From positions 97,030,001 to 97,094,000 of the forward strand of contig NC_086103.1 of the NCBI RefSeq assembly GCF_963921235.1: a stretch of 64,000 nt of DNA. The letters run 5' to 3'. The notes beneath the pieces were generated by a model. That model was not told the origin of the DNA and ran no database searches. It saw nothing but the letters and a program-made list of their open reading frames with translations. The translations under genes and the position numbers were made by a program. How positions within the stretch are numbered: the first letter of the stretch is position 1; the number at the start of each line of letters is the position of its first letter. Positions 1 through 13,852 of this stretch are shown in pieces. This DNA is from Mobula hypostoma (taxonomy: Eukaryota).

Positions 1-3000
1 GATGATAGTAATGGTAACTCTCCCTGATGATAGCAATGATAACTCTCCCTGATGAGAGTAATGGTAACTCTCCCTAATGATAGTAAGTGTAACTCTCCCT
101 GATGATAGCAATGGTAACTCTCCCTGATGCTAGTAATGACAACTCTCCTTGATGAGAGTAATGGTAACTCTCCCTAATGACAGTAATGATAATTCTCTCT
201 GATGAGAGTAATGGTAACTGTTCCCTGATGATAGTAATGGTAAATATCCCTGATGAGAGTAATGTAACTCTCCCTGATGAGAGTAATGGTAACTCTCCCT
301 GGTGATAGTAATGGTAACCAATCCCTGATGATAGTAATGATAACTGTTTCCTGATAATAGTAATGGTAAATCAGCCTGATGACAGTAATGATAACCTTTC
401 TCTGATGATAGTAATTGTAAATCTCCCTGATGATAGTAATGGTAACTCTTTCTGATGATAGCAATGGTAACTCTCCCTGATGAGAGAAATGGCAACTCTC
501 TCTGATGCTAGTAATGGTAACCATTCCCTGATGAGAGTAATGGTAACTCTCACTGATGATAGCAATGGTAATTCTCCCTGATGACAGTAATGATAACTCT
601 CCTTGATGAGAGTAATGCTAACTCTCCCTAATGACAGTAATGATAACTCTCCCTGATGAGAGTAATGGTAACTCTCTCTGATGACAGTAATGATAACTCT
701 CCCTGATGCTAATAATGGTAACTCTCCCTGATGACAGTAATGATAACTCTCCCTGATAATAGTGATGGTAACTTTTCCCTGATGATAGTAATGGTAACTC
801 TCCCAGATGATAGCAATGGTAACTATCCCTGATGAGAGAAATGGTAACTCTCCCTTTTGACAGTAACAATAACTCTCCCTGATGATAGTAATGGTAAATC
901 TCCCTGATGACAGAAACGGTAACTCTCTCTGATGATAGTAATGGTACCTCTCCCTGATGAGAGCAATGGTAACTCTTTCTGATGAGAGTAATGTTAACTC
1001 TCCCTGATGAGAGTAATGGTAACTCTCTCTGATGCTAGTAATGGAAACCATTCCCTGATTAGAGTAATGGTATCTCTCCCTGATGATAGCAATGGTAACT
1101 CACTGTGATGATAGCAATGGTACCTCTCCCGGATGAGAGCAATGGTAACTCTCTCTGATGAGAGGAATGGAAACCATTCCCTGATTAGAGTAATGGTAAC
1201 TCTCCCTGATGAGAGTAATTGTAACTCATCCTGATGATAGTAATGGTAACTCTCCCTGATGATAGCAATGGTAACCATTCCCTGATAATAGTAAGGGTAA
1301 GTGTCCCTGATGACAGTAATGATAACTCTCCCTCATGATAGTAATAGTAACTCTCTCTGATGATAGTAATGGTACCTCTCCCTGATGAGAGCAATGGTAA
1401 CTCTCTCTGATGAGAGTAATGGTAATTCTCCCTGATGAGAGTAATGGTAACTCTCTCTGATACTAGTAATGGAAACCATTCCCTGATTAGAGTAATGGTA
1501 ACTCTCCCTGATGATAGCAATGGTAACTCTCCCTGATGATAGTAATGGTAACTCTCCCTGGTGATAGTAATGGTAACCATTCCCTGATGATAGTAATGAT
1601 AACTGTTCCCTGATAATAGTGAAGGTAAATCTGCCTGATGACAGGTATGATAACCTCTCCCTGATGATCGTAATGGTAATTCTTGCTGATGATAGCAATG
1701 GTAACTCTTCCTGATGAGAGTAACAGTAAATCTCTCTGATGATTGCAATGGTAACCATTCCCTGATAATATTATGAGGATAACTGTCCCTGATGACAGTA
1801 ATGATAACTCTCCCTGATGATAGTAATGGTAACTCACTCTGATGATAGCAATGGTACCTCTCCCGGATGAGAGCAATGGTAACTCTCTCTGGTGAGAGTA
1901 ATGGAAACCATTCCCTGATTAGAGTAATGGTAACTCTCCCTGATGATAGCAATGGTAACTCTCCTTGATGAGAGTAATGGTATCTCTCCCTGATGATCGT
2001 AAGGCTAACTCTACCTGATGATAGCAATGGTAACTCTCCCTGATGATAGTAATGGTAACTCTCCCTGATGATAGCAATGATAACTCTCCCTGATGAGAGT
2101 AATGGTAACTCTCCCTAATGATAGTAAGTGTAACTCTCCCTGATGATAGCAATGGTAACTCTCCCTGATGCTAGTAATGACAACTCTCCTTGATGAGAGT
2201 AATGGTAACTCTCCCTAATGACAGTAATGATAATTCTCTCTGATGAGAGTAATGGTAACTGTTCCCTGATGATAGTAATGGTAAATATCCCTGATGAGAG
2301 TAATGTAACTCTCCCTGATGAGAGTAATGGTAACTCTCCCTGGTGATAGTAATGGTAACCAATCCCTGATGATAGTAATGATAACTGTTTCCTGATAATA
2401 GTAATGGTAAATCAGCCTGATGACAGTAATGATAACCTTTCTCTGATGATAGTAATTGTAAATCTCCCTGATGATAGTAATGGTAACTCTTTCTGATGAT
2501 AGCAATGGTAACTCTCCCTGATGAGAGAAATGGCAACTCTCTCTGATGCTAGTAATGGTAACCATTCCCTGATGAGAGTAATGGTAACTCTCACTGATGA
2601 TAGCAATGGTAATTCTCCCTGATGACAGTAATGATAACTCTCCTTGATGAGAGTAATGCTAACTCTCCCTAATGACAGTAATGATAACTCTCCCTGATGA
2701 GAGTAATGGTAACTGTTCCTTCACGATAGTAATGGTGAATCTCCCTGATGAGAGTAATGGTAACTCTCCCTGATGAGAGTAAAGGTAACTCTCCCTGATG
2801 ATAGCAATGATAAATCTCCCTGCTGAGAGTAATCATAACTCTCCCTGATGCTAGTAATGGTAAACATTCCCTGATGAGAGTAATGGTAACTCTCACTGAT
2901 GATAGCAATGGTAACTCTCCCTGATGACAGTAATGTTAACTCTCCTTGATGAGAGTAATGCTAACTCTCCCTAATGACAGTAATGATAACTCTCCCTGAT

Positions 3001-6000
3001 GAGAGTAATGGTAACTGTTCCCTCATGATAGTAATGGTAAATCTTCCTGATGAGAGTAATGGTAACTCTCCCTGATGAGAGTAAAGGTAACTCTCCCTGA
3101 TGATAGCAATGATAAATCTCCCTGATGAGAGTAATGGTAACTCTCCCTGATGAGAGTAATGATAACTCTCCCTGCTGACAGTAATGGTAACTCTCCCTGA
3201 TGATAGTAATGGTAAATCTCCCTGATGACAGGAACGGTAATTCTCTCTGATGAGATTAATGGTAACTCTCCCTGATGAGAATAATGGTAACTCTCTTTGA
3301 TGAGAGTAATGGTAACTCTCCCTGATGACAACAATGATAACTCTCCCTAGTGATAGTAATGGTAACCATTCCCTGATGATAGTAATGATAACTGTTCCCT
3401 GATAATTGTAATGGTAAATCTGCCTGATGACAGTAATGATAACCTGTCCCTGATGATAGTAATGGTAAATCTCTCTGATGATAGTAATGGTAACTCTTTC
3501 TGATGATAGTAATGGTAACTCTCCCTGATGAGAGTAATAGTAACTCTCTCTGATGATAGTAATAGTAACCATTCCCTGATGATAGTAAGGGTAACTGTCC
3601 CTAATGAGAGAAATGGGAACTCTCTCTGATGCTAGTTATGGTAACCATTCCCTGATGAGAGAAATGGTAACTGTTCCCTGATAACAATAATGATAACTCT
3701 CACTGATGATAGTAATGGTAAATCTCCCTGATGAGAGTAAAGGCAACTCTCCCTGATGATAGTAATGTTAAATCTCCCTGATGATAGTTATGATAACTCT
3801 CCCTGATGCTAGTAATGGTAACTCTCCCTGATGACAGTAATGATAACTCTCCCTGATAATAGTAATGGTAACTGTTCCCTGATGATAGTAATGGTAAATC
3901 TCCCTGATGACAGAAACGGTAACTCTCTCTGATGAGAGTAATGGTAACTCTTCCTGATGATAGCAATGGTAACCATTCCCTGATAATAGTAAGGGTAACT
4001 GTCCCTTATGACAGTAATGATAACTCTCCCTAATGATAGTAATAGTAACTCTCTCTGATGGTAGTAATGGTACCTCTCCCTGATTATAGCAATGGTAACT
4101 CTCTCTGATGAGAGTAATGGTAACTCTCCCTGATGAGAGTAATGGTAACTCTCTCTGATGCTAGTAATGGAAACCATTCCCTGATTAGAGTAATGGTAAC
4201 TCTCCCTGATGATAGCAATGGTAACTCTCCCTGATGATAGTAATGGTAACTCTCCCTGGTGATAGTAATGGTAACCATTCCCTGATGATAGTAATGATAA
4301 CTGTTCCCTGATAATAGTGAAGGTAAATCTGCCTGATGACAGGTATGATAACCTCTCCCTGATGATCGTAATGGTAATTCTTGCTGATGATAGCAATGGT
4401 AACTCTTCCTGATGAGAGTAACAGTAAATCTCTCTGATGATAGCAATGGTAACCATTCCCTGATAATAGTATGAGGATAACTGTCCCTGATGACAGTAAT
4501 GATAACTCTCCCTGATGATAGTAATGTAACTCACTCTGATGATAGCAATGGTACCTTCCCGGATGAGAGCAATGGTAACTCTCTCTGGTGAGAGTAATGG
4601 AAACCATTCCCTGATTAGAGTAATGGTAACTCTCCCTGATGATAGCAATGGTAACTCTCCTTGATGAGAGTAATGGTATCTCTCCCTGATGATCGTAAGG
4701 CTAACTCTCCCTGATGATAGCAATGGTAACTCTCCCTGATGATAGTAATGGTAACTCTCCCTGATGATAGCAATGATAACTCTCCCTGATGAGAGTAATG
4801 GTAACTCTCCCTAATGATAGTAAGTGTAACTCTCCCTGATGATAGCAATGGTAACTCTCCCTGATGCTAGTAATGACAACTCTCCTTGATGAGAGTAATG
4901 GTAACTCTCCCTAATGACAGTAATGATAATTCTCTCTGATGAGAGTAATGGTAACTGTTCCCTGATGATAGTAATGGTAAATATCCCTGATGAGAGTAAT
5001 GTAACTCTCCCTGATGAGAGTAATGGTAACTCTCCCTGATGATAGCAATGGTAACCATTCCCTGATAATAGTAAGGGTAAGTGTCCCTGATGACAGTAAT
5101 GATAACTCTCCCTCATGATAGTAATAGTAACTCTCTCTGATGATAGTAATGGTACCTCTCCCTGATGAGAGCAATGGTAACTCTCTCTGATGAGAGTAAT
5201 GGTAATTCTCCCTGATGAGAGTAATGGTAACTCTCTCTGATACTAGTAATGGAAACCATTCCCTGATTAGAGTAATGGTAACTCTCCCTGATGATAGCAA
5301 TGGTAACTCTCCCTGATGATAGTAATGGTAACTCTCCCTGGTGATAGTAATGGTAACCATTCCCTGATGATAGTAATGATAACTGTTCCCTGATAATAGT
5401 GAAGGTAAATCTGCCTGATGACAGGCATGATAACCTCTCCCTGATGATCGTAATGGTAATTCTTGCTGATGATAGCAATGGTAACTCTTCCTGATGAGAG
5501 TAACAGTAAATCTCTCTGATGATTGCAATGGTAACCATTCCCTGATAATATTATGAGGATAACTGTCCCTGATGACAGTAATGATAACTCTCCCTGATGA
5601 TAGTAATGGTAACTCACTCTGATGATAGCAATGGTACCTCTCCCGGATGAGAGCAATGGTAACTCTCTCTGGTGAGAGTAATGGAAACCATTCCCTGATT
5701 AGAGTAATGGTAACTCTCCCTGATGATAGCAATGGTAACTCTCCTTGATGAGAGTAATGGTATCTCTCCCTGATGATCGTAAGGCTAACTCTACCTGATG
5801 ATAGCAATGGTAACTCTCCCTGATGATAGTAATGGTAACTCTCCCTGATGATAGCAATGATAACTCTCCCTGATGAGAGTAATGGTAACTCTCCCTAATG
5901 ATAGTAAGTGTAACTCTCCCTGATGATAGCAATGGTAACTCTCCCTGATGCTAGTAATGACAACTCTCCTTGATGAGAGTAATGGTAACTCTCCCTAATG

Positions 6001-9000
6001 ACAGTAATGATAATTCTCTCTGATGAGAGTAATGGTAACTGTTCCCTGATGATAGTAATGGTAAATATCCCTGATGAGAGTAATGTAACTCTCCCTGATG
6101 AGAGTAATGGTAACTCTCCCTGGTGATAGTAATGGTAACCAATCCCTGATGATAGTAATGATAACTGTTTCCTGATAATAGTAATGGTAAATCAGCCTGA
6201 TGACAGTAATGATAACCTTTCTCTGATGATAGTAATTGTAAATCTCCCTGATGATAGTAATGGTAACTCTTTCTGATGATAGCAATGGTAACTCTCCCTG
6301 ATGAGAGAAATGGCAACTCTCTCTGATGCTAGTAATGGTAACCATTCCCTGATGAGAGTAATGGTAACTCTCACTGATGATAGCAATGGTAATTCTCCCT
6401 GATGACAGTAATGATAACTCTCCTTGATGAGAGTAATGCTAACTCTCCCTAATGACAGTAATGATAACTCTCCCTGATGAGAGTAATGGTAACTGTTCCT
6501 TCACGATAGTAATGGTGAATCTCCCTGATGAGAGTAATGGTAACTCTCCCTGATGAGAGTAAAGGTAACTCTCCCTGATGATAGCAATGATAAATCTCCC
6601 TGCTGAGAGTAATCATAACTCTCCCTGACGCTAGTAATGGTAAACATTCCCTGATGAGAGTAATGGTAACTCTCACTGATGATAGCAATGGTAACTCTCC
6701 CTGATGACAGTAATGTTAACTCTCCTTGATGAGAGTAATGCTAACTCTCCCTAATGACAGTAATGATAACTCTCCCTGATGAGAGTAATGGTAACTGTTC
6801 CCTCATGATAGTAATGGTAAATCTTCCTGATGAGAGTAATGGTAACTCTCCCTGATGAGAGTAAAGGTAACTCTCCCTGATGATAGCAATGATAAATCTC
6901 CCTGATGAGAGTAATGGTAACTCTCCCTGATGAGAGTAATGATAACTCTCCCTGCTGACAGTAATGGTAACTCTCCCTGATGATAGTAATGGTAAATCTC
7001 CCTGATGACAGGAACGGTAATTCTCTCTGATGAGATTAATGGTAACTCTCCCTGATGAGAATAATGGTAACTCTCTTTGATGAGAGTAATGGTAACTCTC
7101 CCTGATGACAACAATGATAACTCTCCCTGATGCTAATAATGGTAACTCTCCCTGATGACAGTAATGATAACTCTCCCTGATAATAGTGATGGTAACTTTT
7201 CCCTGATGATAGTAATGGTAACTCTCCCAGATGATAGCAATGGTAACTATCCCTGATGAGAGAAATGGTAACTCTCCCTTTTGACAGTAACGATAACTCT
7301 CCCTGATGATAGTAATGGTAAATCTCCCTGATGACAGAAACGGTAACTCTCTCTGATGATAGTAATGGTACCTCTCCCTGATGAGAGCAATGGTAACTCT
7401 TTCTGATGAGAGTAATGTTAACTCTCCCTGATGAGAGTAATGGTAACTCTCTCTGATGCTAGTAATGGAAACCATTCCCTGATTAGAGTAATGGTATCTC
7501 TCCCTGATGATAGCAATGGTAACTCACTGTGATGATAGCAATGGTACCTCTCCCGGATGAGAGCAATGGTAACTCTCTCTGATGAGAGGAATGGAAACCA
7601 TTCCCTGATTAGAGTAATGGTAACTCTCCCTGATGAGAGTAATTGTAACTCATCCTGATGATAGTAATGGTAACTCTCCCTGATGATAGCAATGGTAACC
7701 ATTCCCTGATAATAGTAAGGGTAAGTGTCCCTGATGACAGTAATGATAACTCTCCCTCATGATAGTAATAGTAACTCTCTCTGATGATAGTAATGGTACC
7801 TCTCCCTGATGAGAGCAATGGTAACTCTCTCTGATGAGAGTAATGGTAATTCTCCCTGATGAGAGTAATGGTAACTCTCTCTGATACTAGTAATGGAAAC
7901 CATTCCCTGATTAGAGTAATGGTAACTCTCCCTGATGATAGCAATGGTAACTCTCCTTGATGAGAGTAATGGTATCTCTCCCTGATGATAGTAATGGTAA
8001 ATCTCCTTGATGACTGTAACGGTAACTCTCCCTGATGATAGCAATGGTAACTCTCCCTGATGATAGTAATGGTAACTCTCCCTGGTGATAGTAATGGTAA
8101 CCATTCCCTGATGATAGTAATGATAACTGTTCCCTGATAATAGTGAAGGTAAATCTGCCTGATGACAGGTATGATAACCTTTCCCTGATGATAGTAATGG
8201 TAACTCTCCCTGATGAGAGTAATGGTAACTCTCTCTGATGCTAGTAATGGAAACCATTCCCTGATTAGAGTAATGGTAACTCTCCCTGATGATAGTAATG
8301 GTAACTCTCCCTGATGATAGTAATGGTAACTCTCCCTGGTGATAGTAATGGTAACCATTCCCTGATGATAGTAATGATAACTGTTCCCTGATAATAGTGA
8401 AGGTAAATCTGCCTGATGACAGGTATGATAACCTCTCCCTGATGATCGTAATGGTAATTCTTGCTGATGATAGCAATGGTAACTCTTCCTGATGAGAGTA
8501 ACAGTAAATCTCTCTGATGATAGCAATGGTAACCATTCCCTGATAATAGTATGAGGATAACTGTCCCTGATGACAGTAATGATAACTCTCCCTGATGATT
8601 GTAATGTAACTCACTCTGATGATAGCAATGGTACCTCTCCCGGATGAGAGCAATGGTAACTCTCTCTGGTGAGAGTAATGGAAACCATTCCCTGATTAGA
8701 GTAATGGTAACTCTCCCTGATGATAGCAATGGTAACTCTCCTTGATGAGAGTAATGGTATCTCTCCCTGATGATCGTAAGGCTAACTCTCCCTGATGATA
8801 GCAATGGTAACTCTCCCTGATGATAGTAATGGTAACTCTCCCTGATGATAGCAATGATAACTCTCCCTGATGAGAGTAATGGTAACTCTCACTAATGATA
8901 GTAAGTGTAACTCTCCCTGATGATAGCAATGGTAACTCTCCCTGATGCTAGTAATGACAACTCTCCTTGATGAGAGTAATGGTAACTCTCCCTAATGACA

Positions 9001-12000
9001 GTAATGATAATTCTCTCTGATGAGAGTAATGGTAACTGTTCCTTGATGATAGTAATGGTAAATATCCCTGATGAGAGTAATGTAACTCTCCCTGATGAGA
9101 GTAATGGTAACTCTCCCTGGTGATAGTAATGGTAACCAATCCCTGATGATAGTAATGATAACTGTTTCCTGATAATAGTAATGGTAAATCAGCCTGATGA
9201 CAGTAATGATAACCTTTCTCTGATGATAGTAATTGTAAATCTCCCTGATGATAGTAATGGTAACTCTTTCTGATGATAGCAATGGTAACTCTCCCTGATG
9301 AGAGAAATGGCAACTCTCTCCGATGCTAGTAATGGTAACCATTCCCTGATGAGAGTAATGGTAACTCTCACTGATGATAGCAATGGTAATTCTCCCTGAT
9401 GACAGTAATGATAACTCTCCTTGATGAGAGTAATGCTAACTCTCCCTAATGACAGTAATGATAACTCTCCCTGATGAGAGTAATGGTAACTGTTCCTTCA
9501 CGATAGTAATGGTGAATCTCCCTGATGAGAGTAATGGTAACTCTCCCTGATGAGAGTAAAGGTAACTCTCCCTGATGATAGCAATGATAAATCTCCCTGC
9601 TGAGAGTAATGGTAACTCTCCCTGATGAGAGTAATGATAACTCTCCCTGCTGACAGTAATGGTAACTCTCCCTGATGATAGTAATGGTAAATCTCCCTGA
9701 TGACAGGAACGGTAATTCTCTCTGATGAGATTAATGGTAACTCTCCCTGATGAGAATAATGGTAACTCTCTTTGATGAGAGTAATGGTAACTCTCCCTGA
9801 TGACAACAATGATAACTCTCCCTAGTGATAGTAATGGTAACCATTCCCTGATGATAGTAATGATAACTGTTCCCTGATAATTGTAATGGTAAATCTGCCT
9901 GATGACAGTAATGATAACCTGTCCCTGATGATAGTAATGGTAACTCTTTCTGATGATAGCAATGGTAACACTCCCTGATGAGAGTAACAGTAACTCTCTC
10001 TGATGATAGTAATGGTAACTCTCCCTGATGATAGTAATGATAACTCTCCTTGATGATAGCAATGGTAACTCTCCTTGATGAGAGTAATCGTAACTCTCCC
10101 TGATGATAGTAATGGTAAATCTCCTTGATGACAGTAATGGTAACTCTCCCTGATGATAGCAATGGTAACTCTCCCTGATGATAGTAATGGTAACTCTCCC
10201 TGATGAGAGAAATGGCAACTCTCTCTGTAGCTAGTAATGGTGACCATTTCCTGATGAGAGTAATGGTAACTCTCACTGATGATAGTAATGGTAAATCTCC
10301 CTGATGAGAGTAATGGCAACTCCCCCTGATGATAGTAATGGTAAATCTCCCTGATGACAGTAATGATAACTCTCCTTGATGAGAGTAATGGTAACTCGCC
10401 CTGATGATAGTAATGGTAACTCTCCCTGATGACAGTAATGATAACTCTTTCTGATGATAGCAATGGTAACCATTCCCTGATGATAGTAAGGGTAACTGTC
10501 CCTGATGACAGTCATGATAACTCTCCCTGATGATAGTAATGGTAATTCTCACTGATGATAGCAATGGTAACTCTCCCTGATGATAGCAATGGTAACTCTC
10601 CCTGATGATAGTAATGGTAACTCTCCCTGATGATAGCAATGATAACTCTCCCTGATGAGAGTAATGGTAACTCTCCCTAATGATAGTAAGTGTAACTCTC
10701 CCTGATGATAGCAATGGTAACTCTCCCTGATGCTAGTAATGACAACTCTCCTTGATGAGAGTAATGGTAACTCTCCCTAATGACAGTAATGATAATTCTC
10801 TCTGATGAGAGTAATGGTAACTGTTCCCTGATGATAGTAATGGTAAATATCCCTGATGAGAGTAATGTAACTCTCCCTGATGAGAGTAATGGTAACTCTC
10901 CCTGGTGATAGTAATGGTAACCAATCCCTGATGATAGTAATGATAACTGTTTCCTGATAATAGTAATGGTAAATCAGCCTGATGACAGTAATGATAACCT
11001 TTCTCTGATGATAGTAATTGTAAATCTCCCTGATGATAGTAATGGTAACTCTTTCTGATGATAGCAATGGTAACTCTCCCTGATGAGAGAAATGGCAACT
11101 CTCTCTGATGCTAGTAATGGTAACCATTCCCTGATGAGAGTAATGGTAACTCTCACTGATGATAGCAATGGTAATTCTCCCTGATGACAGTAATGATAAC
11201 TCTCCTTGATGAGAGTAATGCTAACTCTCCCTAATGACAGTAATGATAACTCTCCCTGATGAGAGTAATGGTAACTGTTCCTTCACGATAGTAATGGTGA
11301 ATCTCCCTGATGAGAGTAATGGTAACTCTCCCTGATGAGAGTAAAGGTAACTCTCCCTGATGATAGCAATGATAAATCTCCCTGCTGAGAGTAATGGTAA
11401 CTCTCCCTGATGAGAGTAATGATAACTTTCCCTGCTGACAGTAATGGTAACTCTCCCTGATGATAGTAATGGTAAATCTCCCTGATGACAGGAACGGTAA
11501 TTCTCTCTGATGAGATTAATGGTAACTCTCCCTGATGAGAATAATGGTAACTCTCTTTGATGAGAGTAATGGTAACTCTCCCTGATGACAACAATGATAA
11601 CTCTCCCTAGTGATAGTAATGGTAACCATTCCCTGATGATAGTAATGATAACTGTTCCCTGATAATTATAATGGTAAATCTGCCTGATGACAGTAATGAT
11701 AACCTCTCCCTGATGATAGTAATGGTAACTCTTTCTGATGATAGCAATGGTAACACTCCCTGATGAGAGTAACAGTAACTCTCTCTGATGATAGTAATGG
11801 TAACTCTCCCTGATGATAGTAATGATAACTCTCCTTGATGATAGCAATGGTAACTCTCCTTGATGAGAGTAATCGTAACTCTCCCTGATGATAGTAATGG
11901 TAAATCTCCTTGATGACAGTAATGGTAACTCCCCCTGATGATAGCAATGGTAACTCTCCCTGATGATAGTAATGGTAACTCTCCCTGATGAGAGAAATGG

Positions 12001-13836
12001 CAACTCTCTCTGTAGCTAGTAATGGTGACCATTTCCTGATGAGAGTAATGGTAACTCTCACTGATGATAGTAATGGTAAATCTCCCTGATGAGAGTAATG
12101 GCAACTCCCCCTGATGATAGTAATGGTAAATCTCCCTGATGACAGTAATGGTAACTCTCCCTGATGTTAGTAATGGTAAATCTCCCTGATGACAGGAACG
12201 GTAATTCTCTCTGATGAGATTAATGGTAACTCTCCCTGATGAGAATAATGGTAACTCTCTTTGATGAGAGTAATGGTAACTCTCCCTGATGACAACAATG
12301 ATAACTCTCCCTAGTGATAGTAATGGTAACCATTCCCTGATGATAGTAATGATAACTGTTCCCTGATAATTATAATGGTAAATCTGCCTGATGACAGTAA
12401 TGATAACCTGTCCCTGATGATAGTAATGGTAACTCTTTCTGATGATAGCAATGGTAACACTCCCTGATGAGAGTAACAGTAACTCTCTCTGATGATAGTA
12501 ATGGTAACTCTCCCTGATGATAGTAATGATAACTCTCCTTGATGATAGCAATGGTAACTCTCCTTGATGAGAGTAATCGTAACTCTCCCTGATGATAGTA
12601 ATGGTAAATCTCCTTGATGACAGTAATGGTAACTCCCCCTGATGATAGCAATGGTAACTCTCCCTGATGATAGTAATGGTAACTCTCCCTGATGAGAGAA
12701 ATGGCAACTCTCTCTGTAGCTAGTAATGGTGACCATTTCCTGATGAGAGTAATGGTAACTCTCACTGATGATAGTAATGGTAAATCTCCCTGATGAGAGT
12801 AATGGCAACTCCCCCTGATGATAGTAATGGTAAATCTCCCTGATGACAGTAATGATAACTCTCCTTGATGAGAGTAATGGTAACTCGCCCTGATGATAGT
12901 AATGGTAACTCTCCCTGATGACAGTAATGATAACTCTTTCTGATGATAGCAATGGTAACCATTCCCTGATGATAGTAAGGGTAACTGTCCCTGATGACAG
13001 TCATGATAACTCTCCCTGATGATAGTAATGGTAATTCTCACTGATGATAGCAATGGTAACTCTCCCTGATGAGAGCAATGGTAACTCTCTCTGATGAGAG
13101 TAACGGTAACTGTCCCTGATGAGAGTAATGGTAATGCTCCCTGATGATAGTAATGGTAAATCTCCTTGATGACTGTAATGATAACTCTCCCTCATGATAG
13201 TAATGCTAACTCTCCCTGATGATAGCAATGGTAACTCTCCCTGATGATAGCAATGATAACTCTCCCTGATGAGAGTAATGGTAACACTACCTGATGATAG
13301 TAAGGGTAACTCGCCCTGATGATAGCAATGTTAGCTGTCCCTGATGATATTAATGGTAACTCTCCCTGATGATAGCAATGGTAACTCTCCCTGATTAGAG
13401 TAATGGTAACTCTCCCTGATGATAGCATTGATAACTCTCCCTGATGATAGCAATGGTAACTCTCCCTGATTAGAGTAATGGTAACTCTCCCTGATGATAG
13501 CATTGATAACTCTCCCTGATGAGAGCAATGGTAACTCTCCCTGATGAGAGCAATGGTAACTCTCCCTGATGAGAGTAATGGTAACTCTCCCTGATGAGAG
13601 TAATGGTAACTCTGTCTGATGCTAGTAATGGTAACCATTCCCTGATGAGAGTAATGGCAACTCTGCCTGATGATAGTAATGGTAAATCTCCCTGATGATA
13701 GTAATGATAACTCTCCCTGATGATAGTAATGGTAACTCTCCCTGATGATAGTAATGGTAACTCTCCCTGATGAGAGTAATGGTAACTCTCCCTGATGATA
13801 TTGATAGTAACTGCTCGCTGATTACAGTAATGCTAA
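1..13836. repeat. Tandem satellite/minisatellite, 25-bp unit (consensus GATGA[T/G]AG[T/C]AATGGTAACTCTCCCT), about 550 copies, open at the left window edge
   Basis: Unit starts at 1, 26, 51 etc. The array runs continuously until it degenerates at ~13800-13836. All ORFs listed in 1-13.9 kb are translations of this unit. Confidence 0.97.
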
Positions 13837-13852
13837 GATGGTGTGTTGCAGA

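Noticed and set aside
904-921. Satellite-encoded hammerhead (CTGATGA-CA-GAAAC-GGTA variant, also at ~3904 and ~7328)
   Set aside because: The consensus unit has CTGATGA and a hairpin but no GAAA after it. The rare GAAAC variants leave no room for stem II and are explicable as point mutations.
1-13836. CRISPR array
   Set aside because: There are no unique spacers (units are directly adjacent), no cas genes, and the context is vertebrate.
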